Source: Longimicrobiales bacterium
Lineage (GTDB): Bacteria > Gemmatimonadota > Gemmatimonadetes > Longimicrobiales > Gaopeijiaceae
DNA length: 64,000 bases
Direction of reading: 5' to 3'
NCBI GenBank assembly: GCA_963422615.1
Contig: OY730414.1
Span: 2,030,302-2,094,301 of the forward strand
Shown here: piece after piece, positions 35,663 to 45,753 of the stretch
Layout: the number at the start of each line of letters is the position of its first letter
Position numbering within the stretch: the first letter of the stretch is position 1
The notes under the pieces: generated by a model
What the model was told of the DNA's origin: nothing
Databases searched by the model: none
The model's input: only the letters and a program-made list of their open reading frames with translations
Made by a program: the position numbers and the translations under genes

Positions 35663-37558
35663 TCACGCCCCGGCGACCCTGCGACCGGAAGCCTGACGGA
35701 CCGTAACCCCCCGGCCATCAAGATACGCGAGGATGGGCATGAGGTGTTTACGCGTAACGGGAATGACCTCCCTGAAGTCGGCTGGGCCCAGCCCCTCCCT
35801 TCCGCCGAACCGCCGAACCACTTCGGCGGAGATCCGGTTCAGAGCCTCGGTGGTGACCCAGTAGGCATCCCCAAGGAGGCGAATCTGTCCCTGGCCCGCC
35901 ATGAACCCGAGGACGGCGCCGATTCGGGGATCGTCCGCCAGTTGGGCCGCCAGCTCCTTCGTAGACGGGCCTTGCAACCCTCGGGTCCGGAGAATCTTCG
36001 TGAGCTGGTCGGCCAGCACCGTCTCGTCCGGAGAAAGGGCGGCCTTGAAGCCCGGAAGGCGAGCCGACTTGCCTTCGACGACCAAGCGGCCTTTCCGAAC
36101 CAGCCGGGCGGCCAGACCGTCGGCCAGCTTGGCGTGGATCCGCCCGGGGAGTGCGGTGCGGAGAACCCGCAACGGCGCCCCAGCTTCAAGAGGGTGAAGG
36201 CCGTGATAGGCGTCTACGGCCTCCAGGATGCGAGTCTCGCCCCGGGACACGAGGTCCGAATCAAACAGCGTGCCGCCCAGCTGCCAGGTCAGACCCGGGG
36301 GCAGCTTGTGGGTGGCCTCCTTCCAACCCGCTTGAACCCCCAGGGCAACCCCATCCAGACCCGCCCACCCGGCCAGGAACACGGCACCCCGCACCGCGTC
36401 TGTCCCCCTCCGGGCCAGGGCTGCCAGGGCTGCCCGCTCCCTTCCGGAAAGGCGCTTCCTCTTCGGGGGAGACGGCTCCAGTACCACCCCGCCCGCGATG
36501 GTGGTGACGGGCGAATAGGATCGAATGACGAAGCGATCGCCGGAGCGGGCCACGATGTGGGCCTCCAGCCTGAGCTGAGCAAGCGCGCTCTCCCCGGGCT
36601 CCACGGCGGAAAGTCCGAAAAGGGCGACTCGGGCCATGACCTCGACCGTGCCCAAGTGAACCCGGACCCGCTGGCCCGCTTTTACGCGCCAACTGCTGCC
36701 TTCCAGCACGGTCAGCTCCACGGTGAGCATCATGGACGGGGTCCAGGCCGAGGTGGAAACCAGCACATCTCCCCGGGCGACCATCCCCCGTCGGACGGCG
36801 GCTCCCGTCAGCGCCACGGCGGTCCGCATGCCCGCCTCCGCGTGGTCCACCGCCTCTCCATGGACCTGGACGGCCCGGACCCGCGCTTCTTCACCTCGGG
36901 GCAGAATCCGCACGATCCCCCCCCGGGGCAGGCGGCCGGACCAGAGGGTGCCCGTCACCACGGTGCCCGCTCCCTCCAGGGCGAAGACCCGGTCGACGGG
37001 GAGCCGGACCAAGTCGTCCCCGGCCCGGCCACGGGCCATAGAACCGCACCGTAGCAGAGCCCGGGACAGGGCTTCCACGCCCGCCCCCGTCTCGACCGAA
37101 GTGGGCACGATCTCCGCGCTTTCGTAAGGAGTCCCGGCCAAAAAATCCTCCACGTCCTCCCTCACCAGATCGAGCCACTCAGGCTCCACCAAGTCCGCCT
37201 TGGTGATGGCCACCACCATCCCCGCGACTCCCAGGAGTCTTACGATTGCCAAGTGCTCCCGGGTCTGGGGCATGACGCCTTCGTCGGCGGCCACAACCAT
37301 GAGAACGATATCCATCCCCGCCGCGCCGGCCACCATGGTCTTGACAAAACCCTCGTGGCCCGGGACATCGACGATCCCGAAGGCACAGCCTTCGCCCGGG
37401 TCATAACGGGCGAAGCCGAGCTCGATGGTGATGCCCCGCCTCTTTTCCTCGGCCAGCCGGTCGGTGTCGACGCCGGAAAGGGCCCGAACCAGGGATGTCT
37501 TGCCGTGATCAATGTGGCCGGCAGTGCCCAGGATCAGGCTAGCGGGAGTCGGGGACAT
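35663..37558 (-). CDS. selB: Selenocysteine-specific elongation factor
   Basis: [37 protein letters not shown]-terminal winged helix TRK...PIL.YLD. Confidence 0.95.
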   Translation of the reverse strand: MSPTPASLILGTAGHIDHGKTSLVRALSGVDTDRLAEEKRRGITIELGFARYDPGEGCAFGIVDVPGHEGFVKTMVAGAAGMDIVLMVVAADEGVMPQTREHLAIVRLLGVAGMVVAITKADLVEPEWLDLVREDVEDFLAGTPYESAEIVPTSVETGAGVEALSRALLRCGSMARGRAGDDLVRLPVDRVFALEGAGTVVTGTLWSGRLPRGGIVRILPRGEEARVRAVQVHGEAVDHAEAGMRTAVALTGAAVRRGMVARGDVLVSTSAWTPSMMLTVELTVLEGSSWRVKAGQRVRVHLGTVEVMARVALFGLSAVEPGESALAQLRLEAHIVARSGDRFVIRSYSPVTTIAGGVVLEPSPPKRKRLSGRERAALAALARRGTDAVRGAVFLAGWAGLDGVALGVQAGWKEATHKLPPGLTWQLGGTLFDSDLVSRGETRILEAVDAYHGLHPLEAGAPLRVLRTALPGRIHAKLADGLAARLVRKGRLVVEGKSARLPGFKAALSPDETVLADQLTKILRTRGLQGPSTKELAAQLADDPRIGAVLGFMAGQGQIRLLGDAYWVTTEALNRISAEVVRRFGGREGLGPADFREVIPVTRKHLMPILAYLDGRGVTVRQASGRRVAGA

Positions 37559-38318
37559 ACCGATCGGCCCGAGAGCACGAGGGGCGAAACTGGAAGAAGC
37601 GGAAGGAGCGGGGGCGACGACCGCCTAGCATATGGACGGTGATGAAGTCCTCGAGGAGGGACAGATGAGCTCGAGGCTTGACCAGACGCCGGGGGACTTC
37701 GCCCAGTAGGAAGCGGCGAAGGTCCACCCGAGATCGGGGACCGACGAGCCGGGACCCGCTGACGGCCCCGCAACCGGAACAGCGTACGCCGCCGGCCATC
37801 AGATCGAAACGCCCCGGTTCTTCATCTTCCAGGAATCGGCCGCAGGCGGTACAGGCCTCAAGCTCGGGGCCGAAGCCCAGAAGGCCGACCATCTGCCAGA
37901 CCAGCGCCAGCAACTCCCCTGCAAGATCTTTCCGCCCGGTCGCCTCGAGGCGGTCCAGACCTGCGGAAAGGACCTCGTACAGTTCGCCGGGGGGTTCCTG
38001 GGCCGCGTGGCGAAGCACGAGTTCGCCGGCCATCGAAGCCCCCGCCAGACGCCCGACGTCTCCGGCCAACCCGAAGCGGGTCCTCTGCAGCGTAAATTCT
38101 CGGAGGGACTGGAGTTCGCGGCTTCGCCGAACCGAGAGGACAGCCACGCCTTCCCCGAAGGTCACCAGGGCACCCCTTCCCCGAGAGGCCCCCCGGCGCA
38201 CCCCCCTCGCCATCACCCCGACCAGGCCCAGGCCCTGGGTATAGAACCGGAGGACCCGACTGGTCTCGGAGTACGGATGGGCTCGAAGCAGGATCGCCCG
38301 GGTCGTCACCAAAGACAT
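37539..38318 (-). CDS. recO: DNA repair protein RecO
   Basis: YSETSRV..FYT...G, ARG.RR, CxxC...CxxC zinc finger. Confidence 0.9.
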   Translation of the reverse strand: MSLVTTRAILLRAHPYSETSRVLRFYTQGLGLVGVMARGVRRGASRGRGALVTFGEGVAVLSVRRSRELQSLREFTLQRTRFGLAGDVGRLAGASMAGELVLRHAAQEPPGELYEVLSAGLDRLEATGRKDLAGELLALVWQMVGLLGFGPELEACTACGRFLEDEEPGRFDLMAGGVRCSGCGAVSGSRLVGPRSRVDLRRFLLGEVPRRLVKPRAHLSLLEDFITVHMLGGRRPRSFRFFQFRPSCSRADRYVPDSR

Positions 38319-38328
38319 GTTAGGGACG

Positions 38329-39483
38329 CTACACTCCGATTCTTGCGAGAAGTCGGCGACGGCGGCGACGGTACTCCTCGGCCTCAACCCTTCCTTCGCT
38401 CCAAGCTTCGTCCAGCCGGGCAACTTCAATGAGCAGCTGCTGTCGGGCACCGGGGACCGGGGCGACATCTCTCTGGGTACGGGCGGTCAGCAGGGCCCCG
38501 GCTGCGGTCAGCACCAGCGCCAGGATGGCCGCCAGCAGAGGAATGGCTTCCGTGGGAGAGATGGATGTCCCCACTGCGACGGTCACGACCGTTGGAGCCA
38601 GGTCGCGCCCCGCGAAGCGCCGGTAGGTGTTCTCCGCCAGTTCGACGGCTTCTACGGGAGCAAGACCCGTGACGGAGAGGTCGCCGATCGGCTCCCGAAT
38701 CAGCAGTTCCATGGATCCCGCCGGAGATTCCACCGGAATGACGATGCTGTCCTCTGGAACCCGGTAGCGGATCAGGTAGACGCTCTCCCCGGGCGGAATC
38801 GGGGCGGAGGCGTGAACCCTGCCGCCGCGAAAGGAAGCGGCATCCGGCGGAAGGTCGCTCTGGCCTGCCCTGAAGTCGACGGCGCCCAGGGGCAGCGTTT
38901 GGGACCAACTGGCCCCTCCTTCCCCGGCAACGAGGGTGAACCCGGTTCCATTTTGTAGCTCAAAGAGATCCGTCGCCATCCAACCCGGTTCGGGAGTCGC
39001 CCGCTCCAGAAAGAGGTTCCGGACCCGGAGGACCGGTACGCCCGCGAGTCCCACGACCGAGCTAGGGTACGCCTGGATGACGTAGGCATCCGCTTCCGGC
39101 GCCTGGCTACCGACGAAGACCTCCCCGAAGTAGAGGACGTTCTCGTAGCGGACCGAAGCAAAGAAAACATCCGTCCCTTCGGAGTTTGCCGCCGCTGGCA
39201 TCCGGATCTCGAAGGTACCCCCCCGATCCACCGAAACGCTATCGATCCCTCGGGATTCCAGCGCCGACACCCTGTGAAGCACCACGGTGCCGCTGTCTGC
39301 GAGTTCCCTCCCGATCCTGACTTCACCCGAGAGGGTGAGGCCTTCGGGCTCCCGGATTTGCGGGTCCTGGGGCCGGGTGACGTCCACGGTGGGGTTCGGA
39401 ACACCCTGATGGAAGGGGGGAGCGGACCCCATCGGCAGCCCGGGCTGGGGGAGGGTCGCCTGCCCCCCGTAGGCCGCAAACAC
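38329..39483 (-). CDS. Membrane-anchored hypothetical protein (Ig-like domains, TM helix, SHOCT/CcmI-like tail)
   Basis: Beta-rich region, TM 'AIPLLAAILALVLTAAGALL', tail LLIEVARLDE...G.V..EEY..RR..L; start uncertain. Confidence 0.6.
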   Translation of the reverse strand: MFAAYGGQATLPQPGLPMGSAPPFHQGVPNPTVDVTRPQDPQIREPEGLTLSGEVRIGRELADSGTVVLHRVSALESRGIDSVSVDRGGTFEIRMPAAANSEGTDVFFASVRYENVLYFGEVFVGSQAPEADAYVIQAYPSSVVGLAGVPVLRVRNLFLERATPEPGWMATDLFELQNGTGFTLVAGEGGASWSQTLPLGAVDFRAGQSDLPPDAASFRGGRVHASAPIPPGESVYLIRYRVPEDSIVIPVESPAGSMELLIREPIGDLSVTGLAPVEAVELAENTYRRFAGRDLAPTVVTVAVGTSISPTEAIPLLAAILALVLTAAGALLTARTQRDVAPVPGARQQLLIEVARLDEAWSEGRVEAEEYRRRRRRLLARIGV

Positions 39484-39521
39484 GGCGAGGACCGGGCCAA
39501 CCGCCGACCAGCGAACCCGTC

Positions 39522-40031
39522 TCAGTGCTCGAACCGGCCCAGGTCCTCGGGCCGTAGGTTTCGCAGGTGTTGTTCCAGCGCTTCCCCGCTCATTCGGCCT
39601 TCGTCTTTGTCCGGGGTCTCCTGGCTTTCGTTCTTCCCCCCACCGGACATGGACTCCAGCAGGGCGTCTTCGGCAAAGATGCGGGCTTCGGTCCTGAGGG
39701 CGATGGCGATGGAATCGGAAGGCCTCGCGTCTACGGAAATCAGGTCCCCACCTCGGTCGATGATCAACTCGGCAAAATAGGTGCGGTCCTCCACGCGGGT
39801 GATCAGGACCCTCCGAAGGGTCCCGCCCAAACCCCCCAGGATCGAAATCAGGAGATCGTGGGTGAGCGGGCGCGGGCACGCCACCCCGCCCAGCTGGATG
39901 GCAATGGCGCTGGCCTCCCCCGGCCCGATCCATATGGGGAGGAAGCGGTTACTGCCGATCTCCTTGAGAATGACCACGGGTGTGTTGGACGTTCGGTCGA
40001 ACGCAAGGCTCTGCACGTTGACCTCGATCAC
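39522..40031 (-). CDS. Bifunctional nuclease family protein (DUF151)
   Basis: LPIWIG..EA.AI, PRPLTHDL, DARPSDSIAIALR. Confidence 0.92.
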   Translation of the reverse strand: MIEVNVQSLAFDRTSNTPVVILKEIGSNRFLPIWIGPGEASAIAIQLGGVACPRPLTHDLLISILGGLGGTLRRVLITRVEDRTYFAELIIDRGGDLISVDARPSDSIAIALRTEARIFAEDALLESMSGGGKNESQETPDKDEGRMSGEALEQHLRNLRPEDLGRFEH

Positions 40032-40106
40032 CTGTCCTCCTTAGTGCCTCATCCCGGGAGCGCTATCGTCTCGGATATCCCTAGACATGGAGATTCTTAT
40101 CCGCGG

Positions 40107-41360
40107 TCAGCATCCCAGCACCGTCTTCAGGTCAGCCACGCGATCGGTGCGCTCCCACGGGAAGTATCGAATCTGTCGGCCGCAGGGGTTCGCCGCCTCA
40201 CCCCAGCTTCCGGGCGAAAGGCCAGGAGGGCCGACCGAAGGCTCCCGGCCAAAGTGCCCGTAGGCAGCGGTTCGGGCAAAGATCGGGTCCCTTAGGCGGA
40301 GCTCCTGGATAATGCGCCTGGGCCGGAAGTCGAACACCGCCCTCACGGCTCGAGCAAGCGCTTCGTCCGGCACGCACCCGGTGCCGAAGGAGTCCACGGA
40401 CACCTGGACGGGATTCTCTTCGCCGATTGCGTACGCAAGCTGGATTTCGCATCGGGTCGCGGCGCCGGCCGCCACCACGTTCTTGGCGGCCCACCTAGCC
40501 GCGTAGGCCGCCGACCGGTCCACCTTGCTGGCGTCCTTTCCCGAAAAGGCGCCGCCCCCGTGGCGGCTCATCCCGCCATAGGTGTCGACGATGATCTTGC
40601 GACCCGTCAACCCCGCGTCTCCCTGGGGACCGCCCTTGACAAAGCTTCCACTGGGATTGACGAGGCACGTGGTGCCATCGGGATCGAACCAAGCCGACAG
40701 GGCCGGCCGGATCACCTTGGAGATCAATTCCTGGGCGATCTGTTCCTGGGTCACGCACGGTTCGTGCTGCGCGCTGAGCACGACGGTCTTGACACAATCC
40801 GGTTTCGTCCCGGCGTACTGGAACGTCACCTGGGCCTTGCCGTCGGGCCGAAGCCAGGGCACCGCCTTGGATTTCCGGACCTCCGCCAGCCTGCGCGTCA
40901 GGGCGTGGGCGGCGGCAATGGGTGCCGGCATCTTTTCTGGCGTTTCGTCGCAGGCAAATCCGAACATCATGCCCTGATCGCCCGCACCTCCCCGGTCCAC
41001 GCTCGCTTTGATTTCAGGGGACTGGGCGTCAATGGCCGTCAGTACCCCGCACGTATTGCCGTCGATCCCGTACTCCGCCTGGTCGTAGCCGATGTCCACA
41101 AGGGTCTTGCGAACCAATTTGGGAAAGTCTACCCGAGCTTCCGAGGTTATCTCCCCGGCAACCAAAGCCAAACCGGTGGTCACGAGGGTTTCGCAGGCCA
41201 CGCGCCCACGCGGGTCGTCGGCGAGGACCGCGTCCAGGACGGCATCGGAAATCTGGTCGGCGATTTTGTCCGGGTGCCCTTCGGTGACGGATTCCGAGGT
41301 GAAGCAGCGGGGGCTCACGGTACGGCCGCCCCCGGGACGGGCGGAAGAAGAAGGTGGCAT
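40107..41360 (-). CDS. metK: S-adenosylmethionine synthetase
   Basis: [44 protein letters not shown]. Confidence 0.96.
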   Translation of the reverse strand: MPPSSSARPGGGRTVSPRCFTSESVTEGHPDKIADQISDAVLDAVLADDPRGRVACETLVTTGLALVAGEITSEARVDFPKLVRKTLVDIGYDQAEYGIDGNTCGVLTAIDAQSPEIKASVDRGGAGDQGMMFGFACDETPEKMPAPIAAAHALTRRLAEVRKSKAVPWLRPDGKAQVTFQYAGTKPDCVKTVVLSAQHEPCVTQEQIAQELISKVIRPALSAWFDPDGTTCLVNPSGSFVKGGPQGDAGLTGRKIIVDTYGGMSRHGGGAFSGKDASKVDRSAAYAARWAAKNVVAAGAATRCEIQLAYAIGEENPVQVSVDSFGTGCVPDEALARAVRAVFDFRPRRIIQELRLRDPIFARTAAYGHFGREPSVGPPGLSPGSWGEAANPCGRQIRYFPWERTDRVADLKTVLGC

Positions 41361-41395
41361 ATGGAGATTCGAGTTTATTGGGGAGACTTGGGGCC

Positions 41396-41710
41396 TCAGC
41401 TCGAGAAGTCGGGCGGCGGGCGGTGGTCTTTTCGTCGCTTGCGGTCCCGCTTGAGGATGCGTTTGACGTGCTGGTCCAGCTCGTCCAGGGCGCCGCGAAA
41501 ATTCGAAGCCGTCCCCCGGGCGACCACCGGCTGCCGACGCCGCCGCGCAATGATGGCCTCGGCGATGCGGAAACGCCCTTCCGATCGGAAGACGAAGCCC
41601 ACGTCCATCACGGCCGGGTCGAAGCGGGGCCACCGCCCGGCGAGGCGTTCCGCTTGGTCCCGGATATCGGAGCTGATTTCGCAACCTTGCGCTGTAATCC
41701 GTGTCGGCAT
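41396..41710 (-). CDS. hpf: Ribosome hibernation factor (HPF/RaiA family, short form)
   Basis: 104 aa; 'TRITAQ', 'FRGALDEL...VKR.L.R.R' pattern. Confidence 0.7.
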   Translation of the reverse strand: MPTRITAQGCEISSDIRDQAERLAGRWPRFDPAVMDVGFVFRSEGRFRIAEAIIARRRRQPVVARGTASNFRGALDELDQHVKRILKRDRKRRKDHRPPPDFSS

Positions 41711-41899
41711 CCTAGAACCTCCCAGGCCTTCCGGTCCCCAGGCTGAATCGGCACTCCCGCCAAGCTCTCCTTGTGGGTCCGAATTTAGCCCGATCTATCG
41801 GCTTGTGCGATCTTCTTCCGTACCCTATGGGTACGAATTCTGCCTTACCTTACGGGCACAGAATCGGTTGCGACGCCCCTCCCAATGGGGGGTTGGGCT

Positions 41900-43021
41900 T
41901 CAGCGTCCTTCCCAAAGGGAGGTCAACAGCCGTTCGAAGGCATCGGCAACCCCTTCCCAGGAATACGCCTTCGCCATCAAGTGGGCCGCCCGGCCCATGC
42001 GGTCCCGATTCCCGGGCTCCAGGATCTGCGCCAGGGCCTCTGCCAGGGCATCCACATCGCCGTGGGGCACGAGGAGGCCGGTTTCCCCGTGGCGGACGGT
42101 CTCCCGCAGCCCTGGAGAGTCGGAGGCGACCGTGGCCGTCCCACACGCCGATGCCTCGATGCTTGCAATGCCCCATCCCTCTTTGGGGGAGGTGAGGACA
42201 TGAACCCAGGACCTGGACAGGAGCTCGCCCTTCTCGGCATCCGAAACGAATCCGGCAAACCGAACCCGGTTCCGGATCCCGAGCTGCCGAACGATGGCCT
42301 CCAAACGCTTCCGGGCGTCCCCCCGTCCGGCAATGACCAACTCCAGTTCCATACCTCCGTCCAGCAGCCGGGAAACGGCCTTCAGGACCAAGTCGATTCG
42401 CTTGTACCGCTGTAGGCGCCCCAGGTAGACCACGGTGGGAACGGAGAATCGAGTGGCGGTCGGCTGGAGGCCCTCCAGGGCTACACCATTGCGAATTACC
42501 GTGATCCGGGAGGGATCCAGGCCCCGGCGGACCAGGTCTTCCCGCGTACTATTCGAGACAGCAACGCACGGCAGGCCCCGGTACACCGCCGGAATGACCC
42601 GCTCGAAGAGCCACGTGGCCCCGGCGAGGGCCAAGTTCGCTTGCTGAAACGCGGTGGTCCCGAAGAGATGGTGTACCAAGAGGAGAGGCTTGGCCCCTGG
42701 GACCCATTGCGGCGCGAGTATGGGAACCTTGTTCAGATTCTCGACGACCACATCGAAGGGTTCGTCCTCCAGGTGCCGCCAGTAGTGGAGGGGCGCTGCC
42801 AAGTTGAAGGTGTACCGTCGGCCGGTTCGGTGTATCCGGATCCCGTCCATCTCCGCCGTCCCTTCCCCCGACGGCCAGTTGGAGCAGAGAAGCGTGACCC
42901 GGTGGCCCCTCCGAGCGAGCCGACCAAAGACCTGGTGCAGGTGTTCCTCCGCACCCCCAGCGTTGGGGTTGTGGCGGTCCTGCCAGTTCGCCACGAGGAT
43001 CCGAAGCCGGCTTCGGGTCAT
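41900..43021 (-). CDS. Glycosyltransferase family 4
   Basis: NWQD..NP.AGGAE, YLGRL..YKR, EGWGI..IEA.ACG. Confidence 0.9.
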   Translation of the reverse strand: MTRSRLRILVANWQDRHNPNAGGAEEHLHQVFGRLARRGHRVTLLCSNWPSGEGTAEMDGIRIHRTGRRYTFNLAAPLHYWRHLEDEPFDVVVENLNKVPILAPQWVPGAKPLLLVHHLFGTTAFQQANLALAGATWLFERVIPAVYRGLPCVAVSNSTREDLVRRGLDPSRITVIRNGVALEGLQPTATRFSVPTVVYLGRLQRYKRIDLVLKAVSRLLDGGMELELVIAGRGDARKRLEAIVRQLGIRNRVRFAGFVSDAEKGELLSRSWVHVLTSPKEGWGIASIEASACGTATVASDSPGLRETVRHGETGLLVPHGDVDALAEALAQILEPGNRDRMGRAAHLMAKAYSWEGVADAFERLLTSLWEGR

Positions 43022-43476
43022 CCGCGTCGGGGAAACCCGGGGGCTCGGTCGGCCCGGGACGCTCGGAAGACCGCGTCCAGAACACCGTTGACAAAGCGGG
43101 ACGACTCGGCCCCCCCGTAGCGTTCGGCCAGCCGGACCGACTCCTGGATCGCAACCTTCCCCGGAATGCTCTTCAGGCAGAGAAGTTCCGTGGCACCCAG
43201 GCGCAGGACCCCCCGGTCCATCAGGGGAAGACGGCCCAATCGCCAGTTGTCCATGGCGTCCGAGATGGCGTCGTCGATCCGGTGCCGGTTGTCCCCGAAG
43301 TTCCGCACCAGGCGCTCCAGGTAGCGGATTCGGCGGGGGGAGACGAGGCGCTGTTCCAGGGTCTCCGCGAGGGCGTCTTCCAGGCCGATGGCCCCACCCT
43401 CCGCTTCCCATCGGTAGTGGACCTGGAGAAACCAAGCCCGCGACCGGCTTCGGTCCCGCCGTCGTCTCGTGTCCAA
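43018..43476 (-). CDS. nusB: Transcription antitermination factor NusB
   Basis: NWRLGRL..MDR..LR, VAIQE.V.LA..YGG.ES..FVNGVLD. Confidence 0.92.
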   Translation of the reverse strand: MDTRRRRDRSRSRAWFLQVHYRWEAEGGAIGLEDALAETLEQRLVSPRRIRYLERLVRNFGDNRHRIDDAISDAMDNWRLGRLPLMDRGVLRLGATELLCLKSIPGKVAIQESVRLAERYGGAESSRFVNGVLDAVFRASRADRAPGFPRRG

Positions 43477-43484
43477 TGGCGGGG

Positions 43485-43934
43485 TCAAGATCGGGGAGAG
43501 GAATCGAGCCGCAGCATGTCGAGGGCTGCTTGGGCGAATTCGGCGCCCTTGTTGGCACCGAGGACATCGGCGCGCTCCATGGCCTGTTCGCCGTTCTCCG
43601 TGGCCAGAACCCCGAAGATGACGGGAATTTTTGCGGTCAGAGCCACCCGTCCCAATCCGTCGCTGGCTTGGCCCGCGACGTAGTCGAAGTGCGCCGTCTC
43701 CCCGCGAATCACGCATCCGATGGCGACGATGGCGTCGTACCCGCCCAGGTCGGCAATCCGACGCGCGGCTTGGGGCAACTCCCAGGCGCCCGGCACGTAC
43801 AGCACGGTGATCCGGTCTTCCGGAACGCCCCTGGCCAGCAGGTGTTCCCGGGCCCCCGCCAGAAGCTGCTCCGTGATCATGTTGTTGAAGCGGGCAACGA
43901 GGAGGGCGATCCGCGGGTCGAGGGGTTGGGTCAC
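43485..43934 (-). CDS. ribH: Lumazine synthase
   Basis: ARFN, VPGAWELP, GCVIRGETAHFDYV, NKG. Confidence 0.96.
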   Translation of the reverse strand: MTQPLDPRIALLVARFNNMITEQLLAGAREHLLARGVPEDRITVLYVPGAWELPQAARRIADLGGYDAIVAIGCVIRGETAHFDYVAGQASDGLGRVALTAKIPVIFGVLATENGEQAMERADVLGANKGAEFAQAALDMLRLDSSPRS

Positions 43935-45136
43935 TGGGGTTCTTGCCTTTCTTCCCTAAGGTCCGGGGGGGACGTTCCCACCGGGATCGGGCTGCCCGGG
44001 GCCACGACCTGGCCGTTCAGGCGCACTCCGGTGAAGGGCTCCCTTCCCACGATTTCCAGGGCGTACCCGTCCAGGCCCACGATGTGGCGCCGACTGTTCG
44101 TGAGAAGACGGACGGTGGTCAGCCCCAGGTCAAGGAGGATCTGGGCGCCAATTCCGTAGTCCCGAAGGACCTGACCGGGAGGCGGCGGGTCCGCGGACTG
44201 GCTGGCCTCGGCGCCGCGTAGTCGCTCGATCAGCCGATCGCCCGCCCGGTCCCTGTGAAGGTACACGATGACCCCCTCTTCTTCTGCCTGGATGCGCGCC
44301 ATTGCACCCAGGAGGAGCCCATTCGGCTCGTCCAGAGAAACAAAGGTGTCCCCCATGGGGTCCTCGGCGTGCATCCGAACCAGAATGTTCTCCTTCCCCT
44401 CCACGTCGCCGTTCACCAGGGCGAGATGAACCCGGTCGTCGATCTCGCTGCGGTAGCCGATTGCCCGAAATTCTCCCGAAGCCGTTCGGAGGGGGGCCTC
44501 TACGACCCGCCTCACCAAGCGTTCCCGGGACAGCCGGTGCGCGACGAGCTGCTCGACGGTGATGAACTTGAGGTCGTGCTTGCGCGCCATCACCTCCAGC
44601 TCGTTCCGTCTGGCCATGGTCCCGTCTTCATTCAGGATTTCGCAGATGACCCCGACGGCGGTCAGTCCCGCCAACCGGGCCAGGTCCACGGCGGCTTCGG
44701 TTTGGCCCACGCGGCGGAGCACGCCCCCCCGGCGCGCCCGAAGGGGGAACACGTGGCCGGGGCGTCTGAGGTCTTCCGGGCCCGAAGCAGGATCAACCAG
44801 AACTTCCACGGTCTTGGCCCTGTCGTGGGCGGAGATGCCGGTGGTGACGCCGAAACGGCGGTGGGCGTCCACGGAGACGGTAAAGGCAGTCCCCTCAGGG
44901 TCGGTATTGCGCGGCGTCATCGGGGGCAGCTCCAGGGCGTCTGCCCGCTCGGGGGTCATGGAAACGCAGATGAGCCCTCGGCCGAAGCGCGTCATGAAGT
45001 TGATCAGCTCAGGGGTGATCTTCTCCGCCGCGCAGACCAGATCTCCCTCGTTCTCCCGATCTTCGTCGTCGGCAACGATGACCAACTCGCCTTGGGCAAT
45101 CCGGTGGATCGCCTCGGGGACGGAATCAAAGGGCAC
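43931..45136 (-). CDS. ribB: DHBP synthase fused to a degenerate GTP cyclohydrolase II domain (RibBX-type)
   Basis: Intact DDEDRENEGD, TGISA.DR, RPGHVFPL, GQTEA; C-domain lacks the Zn-binding Cys residues; GTG start after GGAGGA. Confidence 0.88.
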   Translation of the reverse strand: MPFDSVPEAIHRIAQGELVIVADDEDRENEGDLVCAAEKITPELINFMTRFGRGLICVSMTPERADALELPPMTPRNTDPEGTAFTVSVDAHRRFGVTTGISAHDRAKTVEVLVDPASGPEDLRRPGHVFPLRARRGGVLRRVGQTEAAVDLARLAGLTAVGVICEILNEDGTMARRNELEVMARKHDLKFITVEQLVAHRLSRERLVRRVVEAPLRTASGEFRAIGYRSEIDDRVHLALVNGDVEGKENILVRMHAEDPMGDTFVSLDEPNGLLLGAMARIQAEEEGVIVYLHRDRAGDRLIERLRGAEASQSADPPPPGQVLRDYGIGAQILLDLGLTTVRLLTNSRRHIVGLDGYALEIVGREPFTGVRLNGQVVAPGSPIPVGTSPPDLREERQEPQ

Positions 45137-45752
45137 GGACGCGGTTCCTCCGGGGAGGGAAATTCCCCTCATCCATCATCCGCCGCACGTACTTGCCGAT
45201 CAGGTCTGCCTCCACGTTCACGGGAGAACCGGGCGTCAGGGCCGAAAAGTTGGTGTGCCGCCACGTAAAGGGTACGATCGCCACCTGGCAAACCCGGCCC
45301 GGGCCCAAGCGGTTCACCGTGAGGCTGACCCCGTTGACGGTGATGGAGCCGTAGGGCACCGTTACAGAAAACACGTCGTCCGGCAAATTGAAGTTGTGGA
45401 ATCGGGTGTTCCCTTCGGACGTGCGCTCCAAGAAGGTGCCCAGTCCGTCTACGTGTCCCTGGACCCAGTGCCCGTTCAGGCGATCGCCGACCCGAATCGC
45501 TCGCTCCAGATTCACCGGGGAGCCCGGTTGATACCGGTCGGCGATGGTGCGCTCCAAGGTGGATGCGCCCGCTTCCACGGTGAAGGAGCCCTCGCCTTGT
45601 GCACAGACGGTCAAGCACGCCCCGTCCACGGCTACGGACTGTCCGGGGACCAAATTCCGGGCGAAGGAAGCGGTGATGACCAGGATCCGGCCGCTCTCTC
45701 CTTCCTTCACGCCGACAACTTTGCCTACCGATTCCACGATTCCGGTGAACAC
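45126..45752 (-). CDS. ribE: Riboflavin synthase alpha chain
   Basis: MFTGIVE start, SVAVDGACLT, VNLERA, GH.VQGHVD, VNGVSLT. Confidence 0.95.
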   Translation of the reverse strand: MFTGIVESVGKVVGVKEGESGRILVITASFARNLVPGQSVAVDGACLTVCAQGEGSFTVEAGASTLERTIADRYQPGSPVNLERAIRVGDRLNGHWVQGHVDGLGTFLERTSEGNTRFHNFNLPDDVFSVTVPYGSITVNGVSLTVNRLGPGRVCQVAIVPFTWRHTNFSALTPGSPVNVEADLIGKYVRRMMDEGNFPPRRNRVRAL

Positions 45753-45753
45753 G

